DNA from: Pseudogymnoascus verrucosus
Lineage: Eukaryota
Strand: one strand, 5' to 3'
Length of the DNA stretch: 64,000 nt
Assembly: GCA_001662655.1 (NCBI GenBank)
Contig: KV460247.1
In this document: positions 12,413 through 25,340 of the stretch, piece after piece
Layout: each line of letters begins with the position of its first letter
Numbering within the stretch: the first letter of the stretch is position 1
Program-made: the position numbers and the translations under genes
Notes under the pieces: model-generated
Seen by the model: the letters and a program-made list of their open reading frames with translations, nothing else
The model's database searches: none
What the model was told of the DNA's origin: nothing

Positions 12413-13202
12413 ATGGCATTCGAACTCCAGCCATTAAATGCTATTGCAGACTTGGAGGAGATCATACAGCTCATGGTTGTAACGTTATACACCCAAGAGC
12501 CAATGAAAACAATCTTAGGGAATGCCTCTCCCGAGGACAAATGGACTCTCCTTTCACACTCAATTCGGGATTGGTTGACTAAACCAGGAGCAGTTGGCTT
12601 GAAGATGGTCGAGTCCTCCACCAAGTATGATTCTATAGGCAGAGGACTCAACACATATGCTTATGAAAGTTAGCAAAATAGTATCATTCTTCATCGTCCA
12701 ACGCCCTCATTCTATGACGGATAACGAGAAGGCAGCTGGGTCTTCATCAATGGAATATCCGCTAGGGATGAACAAGGAGCTGGCTAGAGAGTTTTATGGT
12801 ATCAGCGTGGGTCTCAGAAGAAGGAATGGATTCGACCCAGCAAGGGATTATAGTAAGACAACTTCCTCTTTCTCTCGTGCCTTGTTTCCATCTTGAAATG
12901 AGGTTTCTTCTTTGCAAACTAATGGAATACTGCGATTATCAGGTGGCAGCATCATTGCGACTCTCCCAGATTATCAAGGACAAGGACATGGGAGACGTTT
13001 AGTCGAAACAGGACTCAAAATGGCTGACACAGAGAGTAAAACATGGTATGCTGGGTGTTGGCCAGCGTCGGTGCCGCTATATAAAAAAGTAGGGGGTTTC
13101 GATTACATCACTGAGGAGTCAATTAATATGAGTCTCCATGGCGGTGAAGGAGTAGTCTCGATGAGGCTGTTTGTGCGCAAGCCCAATGTAACTACTATTT
13201 GA
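12413..13202 (+). CDS. GNAT-family N-acetyltransferase (3 exons)
   Basis: ATG at 12413; acetyl-CoA motif ATLPDYQGQGHGRRLV; ASVPLYKKVGGF; GT-AG introns ~12625-12673 and ~12853-12942. Confidence 0.85.
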
Positions 13203-13839
13203 ACTGAGTGAGTTAAGCCACCCAACTGAGTTAGTTGGTCATATAGTCGGTCTGGTTCAGGACTCTGTCTAGTTAAGTGACGTCTCGCTCAATTGAGTGA
13301 GCCTTATTACTAAGTTGGGCTACCACTTTAGACAAGATTACTATATATAGCTAGCGGCAGCTCGGCCCAGATCATTAGATACATATTAATATAAGCTATT
13401 CAAATCTCGCTATCGCTACCTCGCTGTCGCTGTAGTCTCGTCTCTTAACTATTACATTATCTTACCCTTTCCCTTTTGCGTCTCAACCTATAACTCTCCT
13501 CCACTTCGATAAAGTGTTGTTTTGCAGGCCTGTACGCCTAGTACTAGGGATGGCATAAAGATTATATCGAGACAGAATTTAATAGTGGAAAGATAAAGCT
13601 TAATGTTCAATCGGGAAGCACGCGGCTGTTTAAATCAACAACATTTAGGCTCTGCAGCATATTACTAGTTACTAAACATGTGATGATTCGACTTCATAAG
13701 AATTACACTTAAATGTAGTCCCTTTATTGTTCAAAACATTTCTATTGAAGATTTTATATAGACTACTTCATCTCGTTGCCACATAGAACAAACGCCTAGA
13801 TAAATCGGTAGGTAATAAAATTATCGTAAATCAAAATAT

Positions 13840-14781
13840 TTATGTTGGTTGTTGCAGGGCGACCTTAATGACCTCCTCGAGATTATCTTTGGGCAGTCCA
13901 AGCTTCTCCAGCTTCTCCAGCTCCGCTGCGTCAACCTTGTGGTCGAAGTCGCCACCGAGGCCCTCTACGAAGTGCGTGACAAAGAACTTGATGAAGGGCG
14001 CCATACCGTCACCCTTCTTGATGTTTTTCTCGTACTCACTGGCGATGTCCTCGTACTCCCTCGTCGTGACGTCCCAGTCTGCATCCGTGGTGCTCGTGGC
14101 GCGCTGCACCGCCTCTAGTATCTCCCGCTGTGACAGGCGGAACGATGGCGCGTAGACAGCCTTGTTCTTGAACTTGACCAGATCGGCTTCTGGCAGACTC
14201 AGCACGGCGGCAGCGGCCTCGCCACTGTGCGTGACCGTCGCCGTGCTAGTCTTAGCGTCAGCGCCGCGCCAGATGGTGGCCTTGCGGGCCTTGGGGTCAA
14301 TTCCCCAGAGGCCGAGAGGGAGACTGATGTCTAGCCAAGGGCCAACCGCGACAGAGATCCAGCTGCTGACTCCCAGCTCATTGATGAAGTCGCGGATCTC
14401 CTTCTTATTCTTAAGGAGGATATTCTCCTCAATCAGCTTACTGGCGAAAGGATCAGGACCGAACTCGGATGGTAGGATCCAGCGCACGCCGACCTTAGCA
14501 GCCGCACGGATGGCGGGCTTCTGGAGGCTGATGATATGAGACAGAGGCGGCATAAGAACGATGGCGTCCTGGCCCTTGAAGACATCGGCGAGGAAGGCCT
14601 CGTCCTCAAGGTCACCCTTCTTGACGGTGACCCCGGAAGGAAAAATGCTGGTGGCCTCGAGCCGCTGAATAACGGTGATGGCGTGGATACCCTTGGCCAG
14701 GAGCGCTTTGAGCATCGGCTTGCCGAGTTGGCCACTGGCACCGACAATCGCGATCTTGCGTCCTTGAACTTGAGGCGCCAT
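13840..14781 (-). CDS. NmrA-like / isoflavone-reductase-family NAD(P)-dependent oxidoreductase
   Basis: Rossmann motif KIAIVGASGQLG; AAAKVGVRWILPSEFG; intronless and GC-rich; ATG at 14781. Confidence 0.92.
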   Translation of the reverse strand: MAPQVQGRKIAIVGASGQLGKPMLKALLAKGIHAITVIQRLEATSIFPSGVTVKKGDLEDEAFLADVFKGQDAIVLMPPLSHIISLQKPAIRAAAKVGVRWILPSEFGPDPFASKLIEENILLKNKKEIRDFINELGVSSWISVAVGPWLDISLPLGLWGIDPKARKATIWRGADAKTSTATVTHSGEAAAAVLSLPEADLVKFKNKAVYAPSFRLSQREILEAVQRATSTTDADWDVTTREYEDIASEYEKNIKKGDGMAPFIKFFVTHFVEGLGGDFDHKVDAAELEKLEKLGLPKDNLEEVIKVALQQPT

Positions 14782-15487
14782 TGTGTAGTAATTATATACT
14801 GGCGCCAAAATAAATCGCGAAGATGAGGAGTAAGGCTAAATGAGTCTAGGTTGCTGATTTGGTATCAAGATGCTTGAAGCTAATCGTTGAATCGTTGGTT
14901 GTTTGAGGACACTATAAGGGATGGTTGACTCAACCGAACTAGAATCGTGTTTTCATCGTCGTTCTAAAGGGACTGTTTTAAATGTGCCAAACGGAAAGCT
15001 ACCGAATCCTAAAGAGACTTAGCAAAAGGGCACTGTGAGTAATCTTGCATGTCGTCACTGCTTTATAACGAGTGTGTTTTTAAATGTGTCAAACGGAAGG
15101 CTACCGAATCCGCAACAGGTTAGCGAAAACGCGGCAGGAGTACTCGTATTAATCGTACTTGATGTAACTACATTTGTCATACAGCCTTGCCTTGAATGGG
15201 ACAAGATTGTAGATTTATAAGCTGGTAATATACCTTGAGTATTAGTGATCATCCACGGGGATTAGATACTGTAGACTGCTAGCGCCACCAACGTAGCGTG
15301 ACAAAGGTAGCCCGGACTACGGGACCATCTTACAACACTAACGAGTATTTCACTCTTGCCAGAGATCGATATAGTCACTTGCTAGAATCCTGCAGATAAA
15401 CCTCCCTTCCTTAAATGCTAGCCAACCTACCTAATTTCTTCGCTTCCCCTTTACGAGCTACGTTTTTGACAGCACCTACCCAAACCC

Positions 15488-16905
15488 ATGGCAAAGACGC
15501 TACCCAGTGGGATTTATGCCCCTCTGCCTGTTTTCTTTAGCGAGAACGATGAACTAGGCAAGTCTCCTCTATGCCATAAAGATACCTTTCTGGCCATGGC
15601 GGAAGAGGAATATACTAATGCTGAATAGACCTTGAGGCATATGCAAAGCATGCTAAATGTGAGGATCTCCCAAGCATGAAGAATTGAGTAATTATTAATT
15701 GGTCCGGGATAGATGTCACTGCACCAGGAATTTTCCCTGTTGTCTCGGCCAGCATGGGAGAAGCTGCTCATTTGGTTTGTTTGTGTTTCGTTTGGTCATT
15801 TGCAATTCTCTAATCGACAATATAGGATCGCCAAGAACGTATAAAATTAATCCAGACTTTACGACTTGCCCTTGATGATATCGGTTTATACAAAACGCCA
15901 ATTGTTGCTGGCGTGGGTGCTAACAGCACTCGGGAAACTACTCAATTGGCGCATGATGCGGCTGCGGCTGGGGCAGACTTTGTCCTTGTCGTCCTACCAG
16001 GCTACTATGCAGGTGTCCTAAAGGCCAACCCGACGGCGATGAGGAAATTTTTTGTTGATGTGGCCGCCGCATCGCCAGTACCAGTGTGTGTCTTCCCTCC
16101 CTAAGACGGTCAACTTTATTCTCTCTGCTCCGTTTGGGGGATATTCTACACCAGACCGAAGAAAGAGTCCAATAAGTTAACGAAATCGTGGGTGTTAACT
16201 ACGTCTGCAGGATCATCTATAACTTTCCAGCAGTCTCTGCGGGGATCGATCTGAGTAGTGATGATGTTGTGGATATTGCAAATGCAGCTCCAAATATATG
16301 CGGAATCATGCTGTCGTACGTAACGGCTTTATTTTGCCCTTGTGTCAAAATAATCACTAATATTATGATAGTTGCGGTAATGTCGGAAAATTGGCAAGAA
16401 TTACAGCCCTTGTCGATAACTCGTCGTTTAAAACTCTCAGCGGATTTATTGACTTCCTCCTTCCATCTGTTGCCGTCGGGTCTGCGGGTGCTATTAGCCC
16501 ATTGCCCAACGTCGCGCCGGTTGGTCTCACATGTAACATTTTGATAACAAAATAATAACAGGGTCCTAGAATTTCAGTTTCAAGCTGTGGCAGGCGGTTC
16601 AAAGTTTCGGAAGCGTTGCTGATTTTCATGAAGCCAAGAAACTCCAAGGCTTAGCTTCCTTAGGAGAAACGGCTTTACTAAAAGAAGGGGTAAGCACTGC
16701 CAACACTTTCTTTGCTTTAGGCTCGAGGTGGTATGTAATGGGCTAATATTTAATATAGCTTCTGGGGTTGAAGGGCTTGCTCAACCAACGGTTCGGATAT
16801 CCTGCAGTGCCAAGGCTGCCACTGCTAGTGGTAAGCAATGATGCAGTTACAGAGATGTCTAAAAATAAGCACCTGGAAGATGTAATGGCTCAAGAGAAAA
16901 TATAG
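15488..16905 (+). CDS. DHDPS/N-acetylneuraminate lyase-family class I aldolase homolog (multi-exon; catalytic Lys position reads Met)
   Basis: Spliced product MAKTLPSGIYAPLPVFF..SMGEAAHL..IVAGVGANSTRET..AGADFVLVVLPGYY..IIYNFPAVSAGIDL..NICGIMLSCGNVGK..PRLPL. First intron is GC-AG (15558-15628). Confidence 0.88.
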
Positions 16906-17137
16906 AACAGTAAAGGAAAGACAGTATCTTGGATCGCAGTGTCCGCAATAACCACATTCCTTATCACATGCTGTTAAGTCTCTTGGAGCAACCGCCCACA
17001 CTGTGCAATCCAGATTGTCGGCGCTGAAACATTAATCCCGAGGGGAGGCGCCTTTTCAGGAGGGGTCCAACACAGCTAAAGCCAGTAACGTGATTATATT
17101 TAGTCATCCAATTATGTCCTCTGCGTTTTTGATGCTC

Positions 17138-17597
17138 TGTAAATCTACGGGCAATCTCTATCTTCAAGTCTGCGAGATTTTCCTGCTCAGCAGATCCCAG
17201 CTGTTCTCCGTCTCTGCTGTACTATGTTCCGCAGTCCTTTGCCTCATCCCTCTCCAGTGTTCCACACTGACTGTGATATCTCCCTTAACCTTAATCTTAT
17301 CCAGCCCATACAGGTTCTCCACACTATCTCCGCCCTAACTCCTAGTCGAATTGATCCCATCAAATCCCTCCAACACATTCCACACTCAGGGGCTGCCCTA
17401 CAGTGGAGCGAGTAGGGCTCGGCAATGAAGGGTATTGAGAGCCCTAGATAAAAGGGGCTGGAGGCCCTAGATTCAGGCCTCCAGTCAATAGTCGTTGCAT
17501 TTACGTAGACCTATTGTTCTTACGAATACTACCTTCTACCACCTCCTCCTGACCTGGTTCCCTAGACTCCCGTGAGACCCCGGGACTACGCTTTACA
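17138..17597 (+). mobile_element. Solo LTR (gypsy-like), ~460 bp
   Basis: Begins TGTAAA and ends TTTACA (6-bp terminal inverted repeat); internal TATA-like GATAAAAGG followed by TCAATAG; non-coding. No target-site duplication seen (TGCTC vs AGTAT). Confidence 0.6.
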
Positions 17598-18334
17598 AGT
17601 ATCCTATGAAAATACTTTATGATTTGACTTATATTATTATCTACATTCTACTTAGACCTAGCTTTGCAATTTCTCAACCCCTAAGCTTCTAATCATCATT
17701 TTTCGCACATGGCCGTACGCTGCCGAATTGCTCCCCAGCCCCTATTCGGCCTCTCCCCGACATTCCATAATCCAAAATAGGTGCTTGCCTACCATCGGAC
17801 ACACCGCGGGATTCGGCGTCGCGAGCTTCTTGCAGGCGAACGTAGTCGCTAGTGCGTTCTGCCGCACTCGATGACAATCTTGTCGTGGATGACCCTTTAT
17901 CTCGGAAGAGAACCACAACCTTCAGGAAGCTAATGAGGCTCTTAGTAAACGCCGGAGGGCTGAAAAAATACGTGTTCGTTGAGAAGATTCACTAATTATG
18001 GAGGATTCACACAATATTTTGGCCTAGAAAGAGGTTAACGAGCAGGTTGCGTGGATATACGTGAAAATCGAGGTGGTGATCGGGAGAGGCCAGGGAGTGT
18101 ACGGCTCTGTGGCAACAGTGGCAAGACTGGTCATATTGCACGAACGTGCTAGATCGAAGCAGAAAAGTCTAATGTATATAGTTCTGAGTAGTTTTAATTC
18201 ATTTGAAAGGTTGTGGTTTTGTGATTGGCTAGAAAATTGGCCTCACAAAAAAGTGCGCAGCTCGCTGATGAACCACGTTAAACTAGAAGTAAATAAATAT
18301 AACTAGTTATATTTACTTCTAGTAAGCTAAAAAG

Positions 18335-20049
18335 TTATAGAGTGTATCGGAAATCAGTAGAAGCATCCTGCTGTAATAAATTAGTACAATGTCTTTCCTG
18401 CAGTACACTTTACTCACGTCATGGGCCTCGATTAGCAACTCTCCTCGGTCGGCCTTCTTATTTTGGCGGATGAACTCAAGGTCACAGCACACGACTAAAA
18501 CTATAGTCAATAGTGCGCACGCAATACACGCCCACATTCCAGGCTTGTAGCCTGTTTTTGCATCCTGGGACCGGAAGACTAAGCTACCAGCAATACCACC
18601 GATGCCGCCAAAGCCTACAAGGGTGGCGCTACAGAAGGCTCTCTTCCACTGGCCGCGAACGTTGTTGGCCTGGAAGGACAGAACGGCAGGGACGTTACTG
18701 TTGGCACCGGCCGTGGTGAGGAAGACACCAAAGTAGCGGACGGAGGCGCTCTCAGCCCAGCCCATAATAGGCAGGCCAATGAGACAAAGCGTCATGTTGA
18801 AGATGATAATCGGTCCCCGAACGTGGTACTTGTCGCCGACCCAGGCGGTGGCAGACATGATAATACCGGCGAAAGCGTATGGCGGCGCGACGAGGCACTG
18901 GGCGGCACCAATGGAGAAGCCCATATTATCCATGAGAATAATGGGCAGCGTATAAGCAAGAGCATAAGAGATAGTAGTAGTGTCAAAGAAGAGCATGGCA
19001 TAGGCCCAGATCTTGGGGTCAGCGCCACCATTGATGAACTTACGCAAGTTGAAGGGGGGTGCTACAGAGTCGCCGCGGTCGCGGTTAATGCGAGAAATGA
19101 TCCACTGGCGCTCACGTTGGCCTAAAAAGCTCCACGACTTGCGGGTGGAGTCGGGAAAGTCGACAAGCAGCCAGTAGCCTGCAATACCCAAGGCGCAGGT
19201 AATGACGCCCTCAATAATAAAGATCCAGCGCCAGCCAGAAAGGTTCTGGTGGCCACCGAGATGCATAAGCTAAAGGAAATATTAGAAGACGAAGAGAGAC
19301 AGAGAAGGGAGGTGGGACTGGGCAACATACACCAAAGGCAAGGATACCGGCAAAGGCAGAGGCAACACAGCCAATAAGGTAGAAGAAGGAGTACCGCTTA
19401 CCAATCTCATCTATAGAGTCAGTAATTGGCACCAGTAGTTAATAATATACTCACATCGAGTATACCATGTGCTCATAAGGTAGACACAGCTGGGGAAGAA
19501 GCCAGCCTCAAATATACCGAGGATAGCGCGTAGGCCGGCAAGCGACCTGAAGTCTTTCACAAAGCCCATTCCGATCATAACGGCGCCCCAAAGGAGTGTG
19601 ATTCCAGCGAGGTGGAAGCGGGGACCGATCTTGCGGATAAGGATAGTAGACGGAGGCTGGAAGACAATATAGGTGGTAAAGAAGACAAGATTGCAAATAT
19701 TCTGAGATAGGGCAATCCTTGTCAGTGGGAGTTCGCTACCATATCCGTTCGAGAGTTCACAATACCCCTAGAAACAACTTACATAGCGGAACCCTGTCAG
19801 GGTCAACTCGGCGCTCATGCCAGCAATGTTGGCGGCACTCATATTGGTGCGGTCCATCAGACTCACGCAGTACATGGCCCCAACCGTTACGACGAGGCGG
19901 CGGTCGAGGCGGCGGATGATGCTGCGCTGCTCAGTGGGTGTGAAGCCATGGGTGATGTCCTGCTCGTGCTCCTTGCCATTCGTAGGGGACCGGACAGGCT
20001 GGTAGTCGGCCTGCTTCTCCAGCGCCAGATTAGACTCGGTACGGTCCAT
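18335..20049 (-). CDS. MFS transporter, allantoate permease/ACS (Dal5-like) family (multi-exon)
   Basis: IRRLDRRLV..SLMDRTNMSAA; GIFEAGFFP; GWRWIFIIEG; LVDFPD; ANNVRGQWKRA; last exon DASTDFRYTL* with stop at 18335-18337. Confidence 0.93.
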
Positions 20050-20462
20050 GGGGAGAAGTGAAGAAAGGGGACGAGTGGGAAAGGAATAAGTAGAGAAATT
20101 GAAGAGAGGAAGCTAGCTTGATGCTATCTTGCGTGGACAGGAAACCTAGAGACGAAGGGGCCCTCGTCAAGATATAGAGGGGGATCGGCGCACGATAGAG
20201 AAGCACCCTACAGTATTGATCCACGGCCGCGATGCATCGGACAGGCTCCGCCAGACCTCATGCCAAGAATGGTGTCTAGGACTAGCAATTGTCAAGAAAT
20301 TCCTCGGGTAATGGTGGTCCTAAGACCACTATGGTAGACTCTCACTATCCTGAGCTCTCCAGCTTGTTCCGCCTCTGTTGGTGGCAATGCAGCTCGCCGT
20401 TGCCCCCTATCATCGAGCTTGACGGCTGACCAGAGATCTGGGGCCCCCCGAACTGCGACGTA

Positions 20463-20883
20463 CCCTCGGCACGCTTATGCGAGCCCGCGAATGAAAGACT
20501 CGGACTTAATCGGTAGCCACTAAAAGTCATAAAGTCATAAAGGCACCTCGGATTATGGACCGAGGTCGAGTAGTACAGACGACCCGATAATATTAAATGC
20601 GGGCTACAGTACTAGCAGTCTACAAGCAGGCCTGCATATGACCGCGGATTGTGAAAATAGCTTCTCAGATCTGCGCAGAAATAGGTTTTAGTATGAAAAT
20701 GATAGGACCAAGCTCCTGATACAAGTTCAGGTTCTGGCACAGTAGATGAAACCTTGGGCCTCGGCAATATTTCAGATACGAGGTTGTGGTGGTCTTCGGT
20801 TTCGGTATTCCTGAATGCTAAGTAATTGAGGAAGGTAGGTGTATTAGCTGTGAAAACACATTGTTCCCTTAATTTATTCCGAC
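20463..20883. repeat. Copy 1 of a diverged ~400-bp non-coding direct duplication (copy 2 at 26578-27020)
   Basis: Collinear shared blocks CCCTCGGCACGC.TATGCGAGCCCGCGAATGAAAGA, GGATTGTGAAA, ATACAAGTTCAGGT, GCCTCGGCAATATTTCAGATACGAGGTT.TGGTGGTCTT and AATTGAGGAAGGTA. Confidence 0.88.
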
Positions 20884-21692
20884 CAATAGTATGTTACCCA
20901 ATAACACAGCCCAGCAACAGCAAATGCCGAACAGGCCGTATCTAGCAAACACACCAAGCGCAGCACTTTGTCTTTGAAGATTTGAACATGGCTGAAGACG
21001 CCCACCTTGTTATTGTCTCAACGCGTCCAGATCTGATCACGACCACGAAAGTCAGCATTGGGGCTCAAACTTGAAAGTGGCTTGGTCAACTGTCTAACCA
21101 ATCCTTACGGACGCTCTAGCGAAATCAAGTGGCTGGTTCGTCTACGTCTACGAATTCTATAGTTATTCCTCAGATAGAAGCTTCGTGCTCAACTCAATAT
21201 AGTATTTGTCATATACCGTAACGCAATTACTTGAAAGCCTTTGTGTCTGATCCCCTGTCTTACTTAGTTAACCTTTATGCAAAGGAACCTCTGTGAATTC
21301 TACGCCATGGGACCCAGCGTTACACCACACTCTGTTGCGGGATATTGCATAAATATTATCTTGCTAAGGGATGTAATGGCATTGAGTTATGATGGGTAAC
21401 ACAAAGCATTCCCACCACTTGACCGGTGTGGCCCCGACTGCAGAAATAGACAGGCACGTGAATTCATGTTTCTTCCAAAAATGCGCCCGGCATAAGAGGC
21501 AATGCCAGATGTTGAGCGAGGATCTAACTAAGGGCCTAACAGCGCATTGACTTTGTCACTGGAGATCCCACCTTCATAGACCTGACCTTCCCAGGGCTAT
21601 GATTCACCAAGTGAATGTGAATAACGTGGTTCAAGAGAATACGAAGGTGCTTGCGACCCTATCAAAGTAGCTTTATCACCACTGCAGGAACG

Positions 21693-22394
21693 TTACAGAG
21701 ATCTGTCGGGCAGGTTCGTTGGAAGCAATGTGGCTGGCATAATTGGGTTAGTAGGAAACGACACGACAGTAATATGCAATCTGGGAGACCTACTCTGACT
21801 AAGAGATCTAGGAATGCCACTTATGCATGTGTTGGAGGATGCATGAGGAAGAATACATTTATCATGTCTGACCTCAATTTGTATCTGATTGCCACTCGAC
21901 ACAACGTCATTGGGATGGCATGAGTCGACGATAGGGATACCTAGTAGCCGTTGGGCTTCTGAATGCATGAAATATAAGGAGCTCCAGCGAGGCAAGTCCT
22001 GCTCTATGCTCAATGACGAATCGAAATCGTTGGAAAAGATTGCCTGTGATAATGATTTGAGAGAATTTTCGGAGCCAGAAATAGTTGGGGTTTTGGAGTC
22101 AACGGTTGCTTGCTGAGAAATTCTAAGTGCAAAGAAGAGAAAACCGTGTCAGCCAATTATTTAATTATACGAATCACGAATCACTCACCCTACTTGGCTC
22201 ATCCTGCGGATGCAGCGGTTGCCTTCTTCGCGGCACCTGACACATGCCTCAAAGCCCCAGAGAGTAAGGCACCGTAGTTTACGGGTATGACAGACTTTAC
22301 AGGCTCCTGGCCGTAGGGATCTGTTTTTTCGAACGGGACTCCCACCAAACCCTCTGTGCTGCTTTGGTATATTAAATATTTCGTGGGGAATCAT
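21693..22394 (-). CDS. Short Zn(II)2Cys6 protein (~210 aa, 2 exons), possibly truncated
   Basis: CKVCHTRKLRCLTLWGFEACVRCREEGNRC (Cx2Cx6Cx8Cx2Cx6C). An intron GTGAGT..GCTGAC..TTAG joins it in frame to the 21693-22013 ORF. Confidence 0.65.
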
Positions 22395-23604
22395 GGTGGT
22401 TACAGTCGTGGATCCTCTCTATTCGTCAAGTTGCGGTCGTAATTTTAAACAGAAAACGAGCAGCTGAAGAGATAGTTTCTGTATATATAGATACAAACGT
22501 TTAGCAAGAAAGCCAAAGGGCCAAGGATCGGAAGGGAACAATCTTTCAGCTGCTCAGCTAGCCGTTGTGGCGAGCAAGCGGGACGGTCGACCGATTGTTA
22601 TCCCTATGCCGGGGCAACAACTGAGAGAATAATTGAGGAGAATATGCCGATGGTGGTGCTGACAGGAGAGGAGTTGGGGAAGGCGAGTGGGGAAGGTGAT
22701 GGCATCTCGACAAAAGCATTGTCCGCCGAGACATATATACGGTTGCCGGTAGCCAGCATTGTCCCCGATTAGTCTGGAGGCCAGAGCAAGTTGCTAATCG
22801 TGATCATATCCTTTCATAACGTACACTAAAATCTCGGTATAAAAATCCTGTAGATAAGAATACCTGACCAATAATAATTCGACGATATTCTTATCATACA
22901 ACCATTGCAACCAAGATTCTTATAGCGAAGCTTTACTGTAGCTGACATAGTTGCGAATATTAGTTAACCTGCTACTGGCTCACGGAACTGGCTGTGGAAG
23001 CAGGCCCATCTTCTGATTCTGAGCAAACTTTTGCATTCCGACCTCTGAAAAAGCTATAACGTATTACGTGCATAGAAAAAACTACAGATATATTTTTGGA
23101 ACCTACTATTGGGCTGTTGTTTAGATATTATGTTGGCAAAGACACAAGGTTTAAAAGTAACACTTAAGAGTGGAACTTTGGCTAGTGAGAATATATTTGT
23201 AGAAGTGTCGATCTTCAACCCCGAACGAGAATCTCGCAAGCGAGGCAAAGCTATTAGGAGGATATGTCCTACAGGAAGCCTGATCAATATTAGCGTAGGC
23301 TCATGCGGGCCTAAAGCGTTCCAGATTACCCTTGCACTAGATTTCTGTAGCAGCCGAGGTCCCGATGTCCGAAGTAGGTGGGAAAGACGTTAACGAAGAG
23401 AGTTAGACCCGAAAAGCTATCAACATCAGTTAATGATAGAATAGATGGATGAATTAACTTGGAACATCTTTCCCCAGGCTATATAGATCTAGATTCATAT
23501 GCGAGATTGTCGGGTGTAGCTGCAACGTGACTACTGTATATAGAACAGTAATAAATGAATCAATTGAATAAGTAAACTATCTACTGGGCCAAAAACTACT
23601 GTTT

Positions 23605-25340
23605 CTAGGCCGCCGCGGCACCAGCCTCGTCACCCAACTGTACACGCTTTGTAACCCAAGCTTCCAAAGTGCAAGTTTCGCCCCGCCCATTTTCGTGTGG
23701 ACTGTCTTCTCCACTTTTTCCATCAGTCTCCTCTGTCCACGCCTTGCCGCTCCCCGCGGTCTTTAGCTCAATCGCTGATTCGGGATTTTGGCTCCAGTGG
23801 GCGCCTGCTGGTTTGGGATTCATCTTGCAGGGACGGAAGATGCTGTAGGTACTTTTTGCGAGCGTGCTCTGGAAAACAGTGGGCATGTATTTGGTCAGCA
23901 GCGGTCGGATGGCGACTAGGCAGGCGCAGATCACGGCCGTGTAGACCTCGAGTATAGACCAGATCACTACGTCGATGCTGCCCCCTGTTTTTTTTGTCAG
24001 TGTTGGGAGCCTGACGGCGAGGATAACTATGCATACATGTTGCGTCGAGGGACTGGACTTGGTAAGAGAATATATATTTCAGGCGGACCATGCTGGTTAC
24101 GCATGCACTGGATAAAGTCAATACCTACCAAAAAAAAGGTGGGAAGGGGGGGCAGGGTTGAAAAGAGAGAAAGTGGTCACGTACAATGAACCACATGCGA
24201 ACATGAATATGACCGCCAGTCTCCTCTTCAGAGTAAGATTCAGTCCCTTCAACTCTCTGACAGGAAGTAGCATAATCACAATGTCTTCAAAAATGCTGAA
24301 CCCAGCCCCGGCGAAAACCACAACAGTTGGATTGATACACTTCCCTTTCACGCCTAAATCCCAAATTGCACTAATGGGGATACATTGCAAAGTAATGACC
24401 ATGAAGAATGCGAGGACATGGCAGGTAATTAAGGCTATGAAGATCTTGGTAAAAAGTCGGAAGCGTTTACCCTGGAAGATGCGCAGTAATAGAAGGAGAA
24501 GTGAGATCTTGGCCAGACCTTGGACTACCGCGTAGAGTATTTGAGATGTATAGTAGAGCTACCGGTTGTTAGCATGTATAAGAAGTTGCGTTCGAATACC
24601 TACCTGTTGTAGAGAGATTGTATTCTCCGGTGGAACATCCCACACATGTTTCCCGAAGCCTCGTGTGGCATCTGATTGTCGTTATTATTTATTGACTGAA
24701 ACGATGGAACAAAATTGGAGCGTACTATATATTGGAATAACTGACATCGGTATCATAAGTGCCTGATCACAAGTCAGCCTCACCGTCAAACCAGTTTGTC
24801 TGCGTGTAACTCACACCAGCTGCAACTATGGCCCAATCATCCCACCAAATATATGCAACAGTGAAGCGGGAGTAAATCCTCAGTATAATTACTGGAAAGG
24901 AAATTGCCGATAAAATGGTAACTACTCGGATAAGTTCTGCACTCCGAGATGGCTGTGGGACAGTTTTGCAGACGAGGTTTTGCGAGACGGATATCGCAGC
25001 TGTAGACGTTAGCATTGACTCAAGTACGGAATGCGAATCCTAGGATTTACTATACTGCTCCGTGCGATTACAAGATGTTTGTATGCAGGCAGCGAGTTGA
25101 CCCCGCAGGGTGGTATTCCTGCAGAAGCAGCTTTGAATATCATCAAAATGGCATTCCACCATTTGAAGCAACTTCTCAGAGCATGATATCTTGAAGGTGT
25201 CAGATAATTCGATAGACTAAAGATCCAAATAAGGAGCTCACCGAGCAAGCAGGAAGCTCTGAGAAGATCACTCCAAGATTCAATTGCGCTAGCACTCTCG
25301 TTAAGAGAGACACAAAAACCAAAATCGTAGAGAGTTGCAT
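23605..25340 (-). CDS. PTH11-like CFEM-domain membrane receptor (fungal rhodopsin-like GPCR), multi-exon
   Basis: Signal peptide MQLSTILVFVSLLTRVLA; CFEM cysteines LPACS/ISCSEK..EC..SCFC..ACIQTSC; RIYSRF..WWDDW; QCIPISAIWD; WSILEVYTAVICACL. Confidence 0.88.
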
